Of a DNA stretch of 64,000 bases, positions 1 through 9,354 are shown piece after piece. Source of the DNA: an uncultured Halobacteriales archaeon (lineage in GTDB: Archaea > Halobacteriota > Halobacteria > Halobacteriales > SKSH01). The translations under genes were made by a program, and so were the position numbers. The notes under the pieces are model-generated. The model saw only the letters and a program-made list of their open reading frames with translations, was not told the origin of the DNA and did no database searches. Position 1 is the first letter of the stretch. The number at the start of each line of letters is the position of its first letter. Where the stretch lies: contig CAZOFG010000001.1 in NCBI GenBank assembly GCA_964579125.1, positions 109,928-173,927 on the forward strand, given 5' to 3'.

Positions 1-26
1 TCTCGAAATCTTGAAAGGCACGCCAA

Positions 27-317
27 GTGCAGGTGCAACTAATGGCCGAACTTGAGCTTGTAGCCTTTGTGCTGTTCGCGGCGGTCACCGTCGCCGCGAG
101 CGCGGGCGTGGTGTTGGTACGCGATCCGTGGCACGGGGCGTTGCTGTTGGGGGTGGCGCTGTTGAGCGTCGCCGTCCACTACGTGATGCTGTACGCCGAA
201 TTCCTCGCCGTCATGCAGGTCTTGGTCTACGTCGGCGGAATCTTGATCCTCATCACCTTCGCGGTCATGTTGACCCGCCGCGAGGGTCGCATCCAGGAAG
301 ACCTCTCCAAATCATGA
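27..317 (+). CDS. nuoJ1: NADH-quinone oxidoreductase subunit J, N-terminal part (NuoJ1)
   Basis: 96-aa strongly hydrophobic ORF (~3 TM helices, ...VMQVLVYVGGILILITFAVML...) immediately upstream of J2/K/L/M/N. GTG at 27, alternative ATG at 42. Confidence 0.8.
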   Translation: MQVQLMAELELVAFVLFAAVTVAASAGVVLVRDPWHGALLLGVALLSVAVHYVMLYAEFLAVMQVLVYVGGILILITFAVMLTRREGRIQEDLSKS

Positions 318-643
318 CGACGAAACCCGAGTTCCGCCTCGGTCGACAGCAACTGCCGGGGATCCTCGCGATCGCCTTGTTCGTCGTAATCGCCTCGGTC
401 GCGCTGGCCGCCAACTTCGGTGACGCGATCGGATTCTCCGCCGCGGAAAGCGTGACCGCGAACATCGGCTTCGCGCTGTTTAACATCCCCACGACGATCC
501 CGTCTGATGGCTTTTTGGTGGCGTTTATTCTGATCGCCCTCGTCCTCGATGCGGCGCTGGATGGGGCCGTGTTGCTGGCGCGGCGTGAAGAGGAAGGCGA
601 TATGGTGACTGCGATCGGGGAGGACGGAGGTGAGACCGAATGA
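314..643 (+). CDS. nuoJ2: NADH-quinone oxidoreductase subunit J, C-terminal part (NuoJ2)
   Basis: ATG at 314 overlaps the nuoJ1 stop (ATGA). 109 aa with two hydrophobic helices and an acidic tail. The 128..313 part of track ORF 128..643 overlaps nuoJ1 out of frame and is not used. Confidence 0.75.
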   Translation: MTTKPEFRLGRQQLPGILAIALFVVIASVALAANFGDAIGFSAAESVTANIGFALFNIPTTIPSDGFLVAFILIALVLDAALDGAVLLARREEEGDMVTAIGEDGGETE

Positions 644-948
644 GTCCGGTGCCGATCGAGTACTACGTCGTGCTCTCGGCCGCCGTCTTCTGTATCGGCC
701 TGTTCGGCATCCTCACCCGCAAAAACGCCCTGATGTTCCTCATGTCGGTCGAGTTGATGCTGAATGCCGCCAATATCAACCTCGTCGCCTTTGCCCTGTT
801 GCACGGTTCGCTCTCGGGGCAGGTCTTCGCCCTGTTCGTCATGGCCCTCGCGGCGGCGGAGGTCGCGATCGGAATCGGCGTCATCCTCGTCCTGTATCGC
901 AACTTCGGCGACATCGATGTCACCGAGGCACGCACCATGAGGTGGTAA
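640..948 (+). CDS. nuoK: NADH-quinone oxidoreductase subunit K
   Basis: 102 aa, 3 TM helices, NuoK-like ...LMFLMSVELMLNAANINLVAF...AAAEVAIGIGVIL.... ATGA overlap with nuoJ2, preceded by GGAGGTGA. Confidence 0.93.
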   Translation: MSPVPIEYYVVLSAAVFCIGLFGILTRKNALMFLMSVELMLNAANINLVAFALLHGSLSGQVFALFVMALAAAEVAIGIGVILVLYRNFGDIDVTEARTMRW

Positions 949-951
949 CAG

Positions 952-2973
952 ATGGAGCAACTCTTCGATATCGCTCCGGCGATCGCCCTCTTGCCGCTCG
1001 TATCGTTTATCATTGCCTTACTGGTCGGCCGACGACTGCCGAAACAGGGCGCCATACCCGGCATTGTCGCCACCTTCGGCGCGCTCGTGCTGTCCGTCGG
1101 GACGGTCTTCGCAGTGCAATCCGAGGGCGCCCACGAGGCCTCGTGGTACACATGGGTTGCCGGACCCGAGGTGCTCGAACTCGAATTCGGCCTCTTGCTC
1201 GATCCGCTCTCGACGCTGATGCTCGTCATCGTCTCGCTGGTGGCCTTCCTCGTGCACGTCTTCAGTCTCGGCTACATGAACCACGACCCCGGCCATCGAG
1301 ACCGCGGCGGGCTCCCCCGATATTACGCGGAACTGGGGCTGTTTTCGTTTTCGATGCTCGCGTTCGTCTTCGCAAACAACCTCTTGATGGCCTTCATCTT
1401 CTTCGAACTCGTCGGGTTGTGTTCGTACCTGCTGATCGGCTTTTGGTTCGACGACCGCGCCCCACCGAGTGCCGCGAAGAAAGCGTTTCTCGTGACGCGA
1501 TTTGGTGATTACTTCTTCCTCGTCGGAACCGTCGGCGTGGTTGCCACCTTCGGCACGGCCGCCTTCGCCGGAGATGGCAGCTTCCCGCAACTCGCCCAGG
1601 GCGTCCTCGACGGGACGATCGGGACCGACGCCGTCGACACCTTCGGCGTCGAAGCGGAGACCTGGTTTACCATCCTCGGACTACTGGTCCTCGGCGGTGT
1701 CATCGGCAAATCCGCCCAGTTCCCCCTGCACACCTGGTTGCCCGATGCGATGGAAGGTCCGACGCCGGTCTCCGCGTTGATCCACGCGGCGACGATGGTT
1801 GCCGCTGGCGTCTACCTGGTCGCCCGGATGTTCGGCTTTTACGCGGTGCTTCCGACCGCATTGGGTGTCATCGCCTTCGTCGGGGCATTCACCGCATTGT
1901 TCGCGGCGACGATGGGTGTCGTCAAGGACGACATCAAGCAGGTGTTGGCCTACTCGACGATCTCACAATACGGCTACATGATGCTCGGCCTCGGCGTCGG
2001 TGGGTACGTGGCGGGGACGTTCCATTTGATGAATCACGCGTTTTTCAAGGCGTTACTGTTCCTCGGTGCCGGCTCGGTCATCGTGATGACCCATCATCAC
2101 CAGGATATGTGGAAACTCGGTGGCCTCAAAGACCGCGCGCCGGTCACGTACTGGACGTTCCTGGCGGGCAGTCTCGCCCTGGCCGGTATCATTCCCTTTT
2201 CGGGCTTTTGGAGCAAAGACGAGGTGCTTCACGAGGCGCTGGCGGTCGGGCTCGAGACGCCCATATTACTCGTCGCGTACGCGATGGCGCTACTGGCGGT
2301 GTTCTTCACCGGATTTTACACGTTCAGGATGGTGTTGCTCACCTTCCACGGCGAGCCCCGCAGCGAGGCCGCCGCCGAGCCGGAGCCAGTCGGATGGGAG
2401 GTGAAGGGCCCACTCGTGGCACTCGGGGCCCTTGCGGTCACCTCGGGGCTCGTGAACATGACCCCAGTGGCCAAACTGGCCGACCTCGACGTCGAGTACC
2501 TCCATCACTGGCTCGATGAGGGCTTCACCGAACTCACCGCCGGGAGCTACACCGACCTCGTCCACGAGGCCTTCCCGACCGCCGAGCCAGGCGTGCTCAT
2601 CCCGGCGGCCGTGTCCCTCGGACTCGCCCTCGCCGGGGCGTTGCTGGCGGTCAGGTTGTACCGGGATCCGTCGCCGTCACGCCACGTGGATCGGCTGGGG
2701 CCGGCGGGGACGGTGCTCGAGTCGAACTATTACCAAGACGAAGTCCAGGTCTGGCTCGCCCAGGGTGTCACCGTACCCATCGCTCGCCTGGCTGATGTCT
2801 TCGATCGCGTCGTCATCGATGGCCTCGTCAACGCGGCGTCGTCGGTCAGCCTCGCATTCTCGCGCCAACTGCGTCGCCTGCAGACCGGTGTCGTGACGAA
2901 TCATGCCGCCCTCGCCGTCCTGGCCGTGCTCGTCGGCTTGGTTGGCTTCGGCCTCATCGGGAGGTGGTTCTGA
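952..2973 (+). CDS. nuoL: NADH-quinone oxidoreductase subunit L
   Basis: 673-aa polytopic antiporter-like subunit with WLPDAMEGPTPVSALIHAATMVAAGVYL and a long C-terminal extension ending in a TM anchor, typical of NuoL. Confidence 0.95.
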   Translation: MEQLFDIAPAIALLPLVSFIIALLVGRRLPKQGAIPGIVATFGALVLSVGTVFAVQSEGAHEASWYTWVAGPEVLELEFGLLLDPLSTLMLVIVSLVAFLVHVFSLGYMNHDPGHRDRGGLPRYYAELGLFSFSMLAFVFANNLLMAFIFFELVGLCSYLLIGFWFDDRAPPSAAKKAFLVTRFGDYFFLVGTVGVVATFGTAAFAGDGSFPQLAQGVLDGTIGTDAVDTFGVEAETWFTILGLLVLGGVIGKSAQFPLHTWLPDAMEGPTPVSALIHAATMVAAGVYLVARMFGFYAVLPTALGVIAFVGAFTALFAATMGVVKDDIKQVLAYSTISQYGYMMLGLGVGGYVAGTFHLMNHAFFKALLFLGAGSVIVMTHHHQDMWKLGGLKDRAPVTYWTFLAGSLALAGIIPFSGFWSKDEVLHEALAVGLETPILLVAYAMALLAVFFTGFYTFRMVLLTFHGEPRSEAAAEPEPVGWEVKGPLVALGALAVTSGLVNMTPVAKLADLDVEYLHHWLDEGFTELTAGSYTDLVHEAFPTAEPGVLIPAAVSLGLALAGALLAVRLYRDPSPSRHVDRLGPAGTVLESNYYQDEVQVWLAQGVTVPIARLADVFDRVVIDGLVNAASSVSLAFSRQLRRLQTGVVTNHAALAVLAVLVGLVGFGLIGRWF

Positions 2974-4509
2974 ATGTGGATCGAAGCCCTCCTGGCGGTG
3001 ACGCTCATCGGCGCCGGGGCGACCTTCCTCGCCCCGAATCGCATCGCCGGAAAGCTCGCGTTCGTCCTGAGTCTGGTGCCCCTTGTGGGCAGCCTCGCGA
3101 TGTTCGCCCTCTTCGATGGGAGTGGGAACGCCCTGCGTCGCGGTGCCGATATCGCGTTCGAAGAGCAACTTGAGTGGTTCTCCCTCGGCGAGTTGTACAC
3201 GCTGAACTGGCACGTCGGTCTCGACGGAATCAGCCTCCCCTTGGTGGTCCTCGCGACGGTTCTCACGTCGGTCGCAATCTTGCACGCGTGGTCCCGTATC
3301 GACGAGCGCGAATCGCAGTTTTACGGGCTGGTCTTGTTCCTCGAGACGGCCCTGATCGGCGTTTTCGCCGCGCTCGATTTCTTCGTCTGGTTCGTCTTCT
3401 GGGAGGCCGTCCTCGTGCCGATGTATCTGTTAATCGGTATTTGGGGCGGTGAGGACCGCCGCTATGCGGCGATCAAATTCTTCGTCTACACCAACATCGC
3501 CAGCCTCGTCATGTTCATCGGCTACATCGCCCTCGTCGCCGGCCTCGGCGATGTAGTGACGAGCTTCGATCTCACCGAGGTGGCAATCGCGCTCGAGACG
3601 ACCGAACCCGATGCGCTCGAGTGGATCGACGCGAGTACGCTCAAAGCCGGTGCCTTCATCGCGTTGTTCCTCGGCTTCGCGGTGAAGGTTCCCGTCGTGC
3701 CGTTCCACACGTGGCTGCCCGACGCGCACGTGCAAGCACCGGCCCCGGTCTCGGTGCTCTTGGCCGGCGTCCTGCTGAAAATGGGCACCTACGCCCTGTT
3801 GCGGTTTAACTTCACGATGCTGCCGGAGCAGGCGGTCGACTTCGCGCCCGTGATCGCGGCAGTGGCCGTCATCAGCGTCATCTACGGGGCGATGCTGGCC
3901 CTCGCCCAACACGACCTCAAACGTATCGTCGCGTATTCATCCGTCTCATCGATGGGGTATGTGATTCTCGGGCTCATGGCACTCACCGTCTACGGAGTCG
4001 GCGGTGCGACCTTCCAAATGGTCAGTCACGGCCTCATCTCCGGGTTGTTGTTCCTCGTCGTCGGCGTCATCTACCATCACACCCACACCCGCGAGGTGGC
4101 CGACATCTCCGGACTCGCAGCGAAAATGCCCCTCACCGTCACGGCCTTCGTTGCCGGCGCATTCGCCTACCTCGGGCTGCCGCTCATGTCCGGCTTCGCG
4201 GCGGAGTTCTTCATCTTCCTCGGGGCGTTCGAATCCACGCATCTCCCCGCGGCCCAGCTCGTGACGGCGGCCGCCATGTTCGGCATCGTCATCGTGGCCG
4301 GCTATCTGCTATGGGCGATGCAACGGACGCTGTTCGGGCCATACGACCTCACCACCGGCGAGGACGCCTCCGTCGCCGCCGTCCACGATCTCGCGCCGAT
4401 GGCGATCCTCATCGGGTTGATCATCCTGCTTGGGGTCGCCCCCGATCTCGTCTTCGATATGGTCAAGGACGCGACGACACCGATCATCCCCGGAGGTGAT
4501 GGCCTGTGA
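2974..4509 (+). CDS. nuoM: NADH-quinone oxidoreductase subunit M
   Basis: 511 aa with FHTWLPDAHVQAPAPVSVLLAGVLLKMGTYALLR. ATG directly follows the nuoL stop. Confidence 0.95.
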   Translation: MWIEALLAVTLIGAGATFLAPNRIAGKLAFVLSLVPLVGSLAMFALFDGSGNALRRGADIAFEEQLEWFSLGELYTLNWHVGLDGISLPLVVLATVLTSVAILHAWSRIDERESQFYGLVLFLETALIGVFAALDFFVWFVFWEAVLVPMYLLIGIWGGEDRRYAAIKFFVYTNIASLVMFIGYIALVAGLGDVVTSFDLTEVAIALETTEPDALEWIDASTLKAGAFIALFLGFAVKVPVVPFHTWLPDAHVQAPAPVSVLLAGVLLKMGTYALLRFNFTMLPEQAVDFAPVIAAVAVISVIYGAMLALAQHDLKRIVAYSSVSSMGYVILGLMALTVYGVGGATFQMVSHGLISGLLFLVVGVIYHHTHTREVADISGLAAKMPLTVTAFVAGAFAYLGLPLMSGFAAEFFIFLGAFESTHLPAAQLVTAAAMFGIVIVAGYLLWAMQRTLFGPYDLTTGEDASVAAVHDLAPMAILIGLIILLGVAPDLVFDMVKDATTPIIPGGDGL

Positions 4510-6005
4510 GCCTGGAGTTGCCCGCCTGGTCGGCGATCGGGCCAGCGATCATCCTCGCCATAACGGCACTTTCGGTCTTCGCACTCGATAGCCTGCGACG
4601 AAAGCCGATCGACCATCGCCTACTGGCCGGCGTCGCCCTGGTTGGATCGCTCGCTGCAGGGAGTGTTTCGGTGTGGTATCTCATCGAAGGCGTGGGCGAT
4701 CCGGCCCGCCGAGGCGTCTTCGAGTTGTTCCAATCGACCCTCGTAGTCGATCGCATGGGCTTGTTCTTCGCGACCATCGTCGCCGCCGTTACGGCGCTGG
4801 TCGTTCTCGCCAGTTACGACTATCTCGGCGATCATCGCCACCGCGGCGAGTACTACTCCCTCGTGTTGCTCGCCGCCACCGGCATGACGACGATGGCCTT
4901 CGCCAACAGCCTGGTGACGGTCTTCGTCGCGCTCGAACTCTCAAGTCTGCCGTCGTATGCGTTGGTGGCCTTCCTCAAACACAATCGCGGGAGCGTCGAG
5001 GCCGGCCTGAAGTACTTCCTCATCGGTGCCACCGCGAGTGCCGTACTCGTCTACGGGATCAGCCTGGTCTATGGCGCCACCGGTGGACTCGTCCTGTCCG
5101 ACATCGCAACCAGTCTGAGCCAGTCCCAAAGCAGCCTCCTCGGTCTCGGCCTGCTATTGGTGATCGCCGGTATTACCTTCAAAACCGCCAGCGTGCCGTT
5201 TCACATCTGGGCACCGGATGCGTACGAAGGGGCGCCAGCGCCGATCAGTGCGTTTCTGTCCTCTGCCTCGAAGGCAGCCGGCTTCGTCGTCGCATTTCGC
5301 GTCTTCGTCGAGGCGTTTCCGCTCGATGTCGTGGTTGATCTCGGCCTCGATTGGGTCCTCGTCTTTCAGGTGCTCGCAGTGCTCACGATGACACTCGGCA
5401 ACGTCGCTGCAGCCACCCAAAACACCGTCAAGCGGATGCTCGCGTACTCCTCGATCGGCCACGCCGGCTACGCGCTGATCGGCCTCGCGGCGTTGACCAC
5501 CGGCGGTGCGTATAACGACCTCGTCCTCGGGGCGGGGATGATGCACCTTCTCGTGTATGGCTTCATGAATACGGGCGCGTTCCTGTTCATCGCCCTCGCG
5601 GAGCGGTGGGAGCTCGGGCGGGGATTCGATGCCTTCAACGGCCTCGCCAAAACCGCGCCGATCGCTTGCGTCGCGATGACGGTGTTGTTACTCAACCTCG
5701 CGGGGCTGCCCCTCGGCGGTGGCTTCCTCACGAAGTACGTCCTCTTCGCCGGAGCGGTGAGTGCCGGCTTCTGGTGGCTGGCGGTGGTGGGCGCGCTCAA
5801 CAGTGCCCTCTCGCTGTTTTACTACTCCCGGGTCATCAAAGCAATGTGGCTCGAAACACCCGCCGACGACCACGACATCGAGGGCTACCCGCTCGGGCTC
5901 TATACCGCCATCCTCGTCGCCACCGTCGTGACCGTCCTCGCACTGCCGGCGTTCGGCCCGATCGCCGAGACGGCCACCGATGCCGCGGGGATCGTCCTCG
6001 GGTAA
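4506..6005 (+). CDS. nuoN: NADH-quinone oxidoreductase subunit N
   Basis: 499 aa with PFHIWAPDAYEGAPAPISAFLSSASKAAGF. GTG start overlaps the nuoM stop (GTGA). Confidence 0.95.
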   Translation: MSLELPAWSAIGPAIILAITALSVFALDSLRRKPIDHRLLAGVALVGSLAAGSVSVWYLIEGVGDPARRGVFELFQSTLVVDRMGLFFATIVAAVTALVVLASYDYLGDHRHRGEYYSLVLLAATGMTTMAFANSLVTVFVALELSSLPSYALVAFLKHNRGSVEAGLKYFLIGATASAVLVYGISLVYGATGGLVLSDIATSLSQSQSSLLGLGLLLVIAGITFKTASVPFHIWAPDAYEGAPAPISAFLSSASKAAGFVVAFRVFVEAFPLDVVVDLGLDWVLVFQVLAVLTMTLGNVAAATQNTVKRMLAYSSIGHAGYALIGLAALTTGGAYNDLVLGAGMMHLLVYGFMNTGAFLFIALAERWELGRGFDAFNGLAKTAPIACVAMTVLLLNLAGLPLGGGFLTKYVLFAGAVSAGFWWLAVVGALNSALSLFYYSRVIKAMWLETPADDHDIEGYPLGLYTAILVATVVTVLALPAFGPIAETATDAAGIVLG

Positions 6006-6049
6006 CCTGACGCCAGGCTTACGACGGCTTCGATCGGAACTCATAGGAC

Positions 6050-7480
6050 ATGACTGAACGCGTGCTCCTCGGCGCGGGCAATTTGGGACGGCGCCTCGCG
6101 CAAGCCCTCTTGAGTGAGGGCGCGGCCGTTCGGGTCGGAACCGAGCGCGAAGATGCCGCATCGGAGCTACGCGAACTCGGCATTTCGGCAAGTACACTTT
6201 CCTCCCTCAGCGAGCCATCGTCGATCGCGTCCCTCGGGGACGATCCCACGACCATCATCGTCTGTGTCGACGACCTTGCGGATCCGGCTACAACACTTCG
6301 CGCCGCCCGCGACGCCTTCCCCGGGGCCCGCCGCGTCGCCCTCGTCGATACCCAACCGGCCCCACCAACCGAACTGGCCGAACAGGTCATCGACGTAGGT
6401 GCGCTCGGTGCAGACAATCTTGTTCGACGGATCCTCGATCCAGACCTGCCACGAACGATTGGCCTCCTTCGTACGCTCGAGGATCTCGAGGAACCGGTCG
6501 CCGTCGTGATGCACGATAACCCCGATCCGGACGCCATTGGTGCCGCGATCGGGATGGTCGCGCTCGCCGAGAGCGTCGGCACCGACGCGGTCCCGTGTTA
6601 CTCGGGGACGATCGCTCACCAGGAAAACCGCGCGTTCGTGAACATCCTCGACCTCGAGTTGATCGATCTCGGCGATGCCCCGAATCCCGACGAGTACGGC
6701 GGGATCATCCTCGTCGATCACGCGTATCCCGGCATCAACGATCAGCTCCCCCTGGGCGCGACCATTGACGTGATCATCGACCATCACCCCTCCCGTGAGG
6801 AAGCCCGGGCGACGTTCGTCGACCGTCGGCATTCGGTGGGCGCTACGAGCACGCTCGTGGCGAATCACCTCATCCGGGCCGAAGAACCGCTCACCACGAC
6901 ACTGGCAACGGCACTTTGGTATGGCATCCAGGTCGACACGGACGGGTTTCACCGCGGCGTCTCCTCGCTCGATTTCGAGGTGGCCGCCCGGCTGCGACCG
7001 GCCGTCGACGGCGACGTCCTCGAACAGATCGAATCCTCGCAGGTCAGTGCCGATACCTTGGAGACCATCGGAGCCGCGATCAGGAATCGCGAAACCGATG
7101 GCGCCGTCACCTTCACCGCAGTTCGGGCCATTCAGGATCGCGACGCCCTCGCCCAGGCGGCGGAGATGTTGTTGCAACTCGAGGGAATCTCGACCGTCGG
7201 CGTGGCCGGCACCACCGAAGAAATGGTGTACCTCTCGGCCCGCACGAGCGACGAGACGATCGATATCGGTGACGCCGTTCGCCTTGCGTTCGACCGCATC
7301 GGGAGTGCCGGTGGACACGAGGACATGGCCGGCGCACAAATCCCTCGCGAGGGCCGAGGCGGGCTCCCCGTCGACGATGACGACTTCGTCCCGGTCCTCA
7401 AGGCTCGATTTCTCGAGGGAATCACGGTTGCATCCCGGCCCTTGCCGTCCGGGCATCACGTCGGCGAACTCGAGGGCTGA
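6050..7480 (+). CDS. DHH/DHHA1-family phosphoesterase with N-terminal TrkA-N/Rossmann-like domain
   Basis: N-terminal GxGxxG (LLGAGNLGRRLA). DHH motifs HDNPDPDAIG, ILVDH, IIDHHP, QVDTDGF. DHHA1-type GSAGGHEDMAGAQ near the C-terminus. Confidence 0.8.
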   Translation: MTERVLLGAGNLGRRLAQALLSEGAAVRVGTEREDAASELRELGISASTLSSLSEPSSIASLGDDPTTIIVCVDDLADPATTLRAARDAFPGARRVALVDTQPAPPTELAEQVIDVGALGADNLVRRILDPDLPRTIGLLRTLEDLEEPVAVVMHDNPDPDAIGAAIGMVALAESVGTDAVPCYSGTIAHQENRAFVNILDLELIDLGDAPNPDEYGGIILVDHAYPGINDQLPLGATIDVIIDHHPSREEARATFVDRRHSVGATSTLVANHLIRAEEPLTTTLATALWYGIQVDTDGFHRGVSSLDFEVAARLRPAVDGDVLEQIESSQVSADTLETIGAAIRNRETDGAVTFTAVRAIQDRDALAQAAEMLLQLEGISTVGVAGTTEEMVYLSARTSDETIDIGDAVRLAFDRIGSAGGHEDMAGAQIPREGRGGLPVDDDDFVPVLKARFLEGITVASRPLPSGHHVGELEG

Positions 7481-7524
7481 GGCCGGGGTGCTTTTGCCCC
7501 CTCGGGACCGACCGATGAGGTGTC

Positions 7525-8313
7525 ATGCCGGAATCCCGGCGGGCGCTCGTCAAGGACTACATGACGCGCGATGTCGAGACGGTCTCCCCAGAAGACCACG
7601 TCATCGACGTCGCACGGCGGATCGCTGAGAGCAATCACAACGGCTTTCCAGTGACCGAGCGCCGCCAGGTGCAAGGGTTCGTCTCCGCACGCGATTTGTT
7701 GTTGGCCGATGACACCGAGCCAGTCTTCAAGGTCATGGCGACCGATCTCGTCGTCGCACATCCCGAGATGCGAGTGACTGACGCCGCTCGGGTCATCCTC
7801 CGGTCGGGGATTCAAAAACTCCCGGTCGTCGACGACGCGAACAACCTCGTCGGGATCATTTCCAACGCCGACGTCATTCGCAGCCACATCGAGCGCGCCA
7901 CGCCGGAGAAAGTACTCAAACTCAAAGAGACGCTCGAACGCATTCACGACCTTTCGTTCGAGATCGACCGCCATGCCGTCTCGATCGAGGATCTCGTGCC
8001 CACCCAAAAACGCGTCTACGCAGACGAACTCGAGGGACGGCAATACGAGATGGAACGCGGCCTCGCCGAACCGCTGGTCGTCATCGACGTGAATGGCCGG
8101 TTGCTCCTGGCGGATGGACACCACCGCGTTCTCGCCGCCCATCAACTCGGCATCGACGAACTCGAGGCGTACGTCATCGTCATCGAGGAGGCCAATGTCG
8201 AACTCGGCATGGAAGAAACCGCCAGACGGGAAGGCCTGGAGTCGATCGACGATATCGAGGTCGTCGATTACGCCAAACATCCCCTCATCGAGCGGACGAA
8301 ACGCCTCCAGTAG
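7525..8313 (+). CDS. CBS-pair domain protein fused to a ParB/sulfiredoxin-like domain
   Basis: Two CBS-like repeats (YMTRDVETVSPED...; VMATDLVVAHPEM...KLPVVDDANNLVGIISNADV) followed by LVPTQ and LLLADGHHRVLAAHQLG, a ParB-like DGhHR box. Confidence 0.75.
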   Translation: MPESRRALVKDYMTRDVETVSPEDHVIDVARRIAESNHNGFPVTERRQVQGFVSARDLLLADDTEPVFKVMATDLVVAHPEMRVTDAARVILRSGIQKLPVVDDANNLVGIISNADVIRSHIERATPEKVLKLKETLERIHDLSFEIDRHAVSIEDLVPTQKRVYADELEGRQYEMERGLAEPLVVIDVNGRLLLADGHHRVLAAHQLGIDELEAYVIVIEEANVELGMEETARREGLESIDDIEVVDYAKHPLIERTKRLQ

Positions 8314-8364
8314 TCGGCTCGAGCGTTTATCAATGCAGTAACAGAACGAGGCTTCAGCAAACCG

Positions 8365-8369
8365 TTTTT
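8365..8369 (+). terminator. Oligo-T tract, candidate archaeal terminator after the CBS-ParB gene
   Basis: T5 run (ccgTTTTTacc) about 50 nt after the stop at 8313. Oligo-T tracts are the usual archaeal termination signal. Confidence 0.25.
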
Positions 8370-8394
8370 ACCGTCACCCTCGTGCGATATCGTG

Positions 8395-9354
8395 ATGTCG
8401 GTCCCCGCGATCGAAGTCGATAGCTTGACGAAGCGGTACGACTCGGTGACAGCCATCGAGGATATCTCATTCACGATCGATAGCGGCGAGCTCGTCGGGA
8501 TTCTCGGGCCCAACGGGGCCGGGAAGACGACGCTAATCAAGTCGATCCTCGGGCTCGTCGTTCCATCGTCCGGTAACGTGCGAATCGCCGGAATCGACGC
8601 CCGGGAACGACCGCGTCGTGTCTATCGCCACGTCGGGGCGATGCTCGAGGGAGCGCGCAACGTTTACTGGCGCCTCACCGTCCGGGAGAACCTCGCGTTC
8701 TTCGGCGCGCTCGGAGGGCAGGATCCTGACGCCGCGCGCGATCGGCACGATCGCCTCCTCGAGCAGTTCGGCCTTGCCGATAAGGCCGACGTTCCCGTCA
8801 ACGATCTCTCGCGTGGTCAAAAGCAGAAGGTCTCACTCGCGTCGACGCTTGCGAGAGGCACGGATGTCGTTTTCCTCGACGAACCCACCCTCGGTCTCGA
8901 TGTCGAGGCCTCCCTGGAACTCCGGCGGGAACTCAGCCGGCTCGCCGAGGAGGAGGCGATTACGGTAGTCCTTTCCAGCCACGATATGGACGTGGTGGAA
9001 GACGTCTGTGATCGGGTCGTCATCCTCTCCGACGGGGGTATCATCGCCGACGACGCGGTCGACGACCTCGTCTCCGTCTTCGACACCAAGGCATACCGCA
9101 TCACCGTGAACGGGTCGGTTCCCGAAGAGGTTCGCGCGTCGCTCACGTCTTCGTTCCACGCCGACGGTTTCGAGGCCGTCGGTGATCAGACTCGCTTCGA
9201 GGTACGGGTCGACGGCGACACCACGCTCTATCAGGTCACCGATGCCCTCCGTGAACCCGGCCTCGAACTCGTCGATATCGACCGACACGACCCGGACCTC
9301 GAGGAGGTCTTCCTCGACGTGACCAACAATCGCATCCGAGGTGATGCAGCGTGA
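8395..9354 (+). CDS. ABC transporter ATP-binding protein (ABC-2/DrrA-like exporter)
   Basis: Walker A GPNGAGKTT, signature LSRGQKQKVSLA, Walker B VVFLDEPTLGLD. ATG at 8395 (GTG at 8392 possible). Confidence 0.9.
   Translation: MSVPAIEVDSLTKRYDSVTAIEDISFTIDSGELVGILGPNGAGKTTLIKSILGLVVPSSGNVRIAGIDARERPRRVYRHVGAMLEGARNVYWRLTVRENLAFFGALGGQDPDAARDRHDRLLEQFGLADKADVPVNDLSRGQKQKVSLASTLARGTDVVFLDEPTLGLDVEASLELRRELSRLAEEEAITVVLSSHDMDVVEDVCDRVVILSDGGIIADDAVDDLVSVFDTKAYRITVNGSVPEEVRASLTSSFHADGFEAVGDQTRFEVRVDGDTTLYQVTDALREPGLELVDIDRHDPDLEEVFLDVTNNRIRGDAA

Noticed and set aside
6167-7459. 430-aa ORF antisense to the DHH phosphoesterase gene
   Set aside because: It is Arg/Gly/Pro-rich with no recognisable motifs and mirrors a well-supported gene. 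This is the typical spurious antisense ORF of high-GC DNA, where stop codons are rare on the opposite strand.
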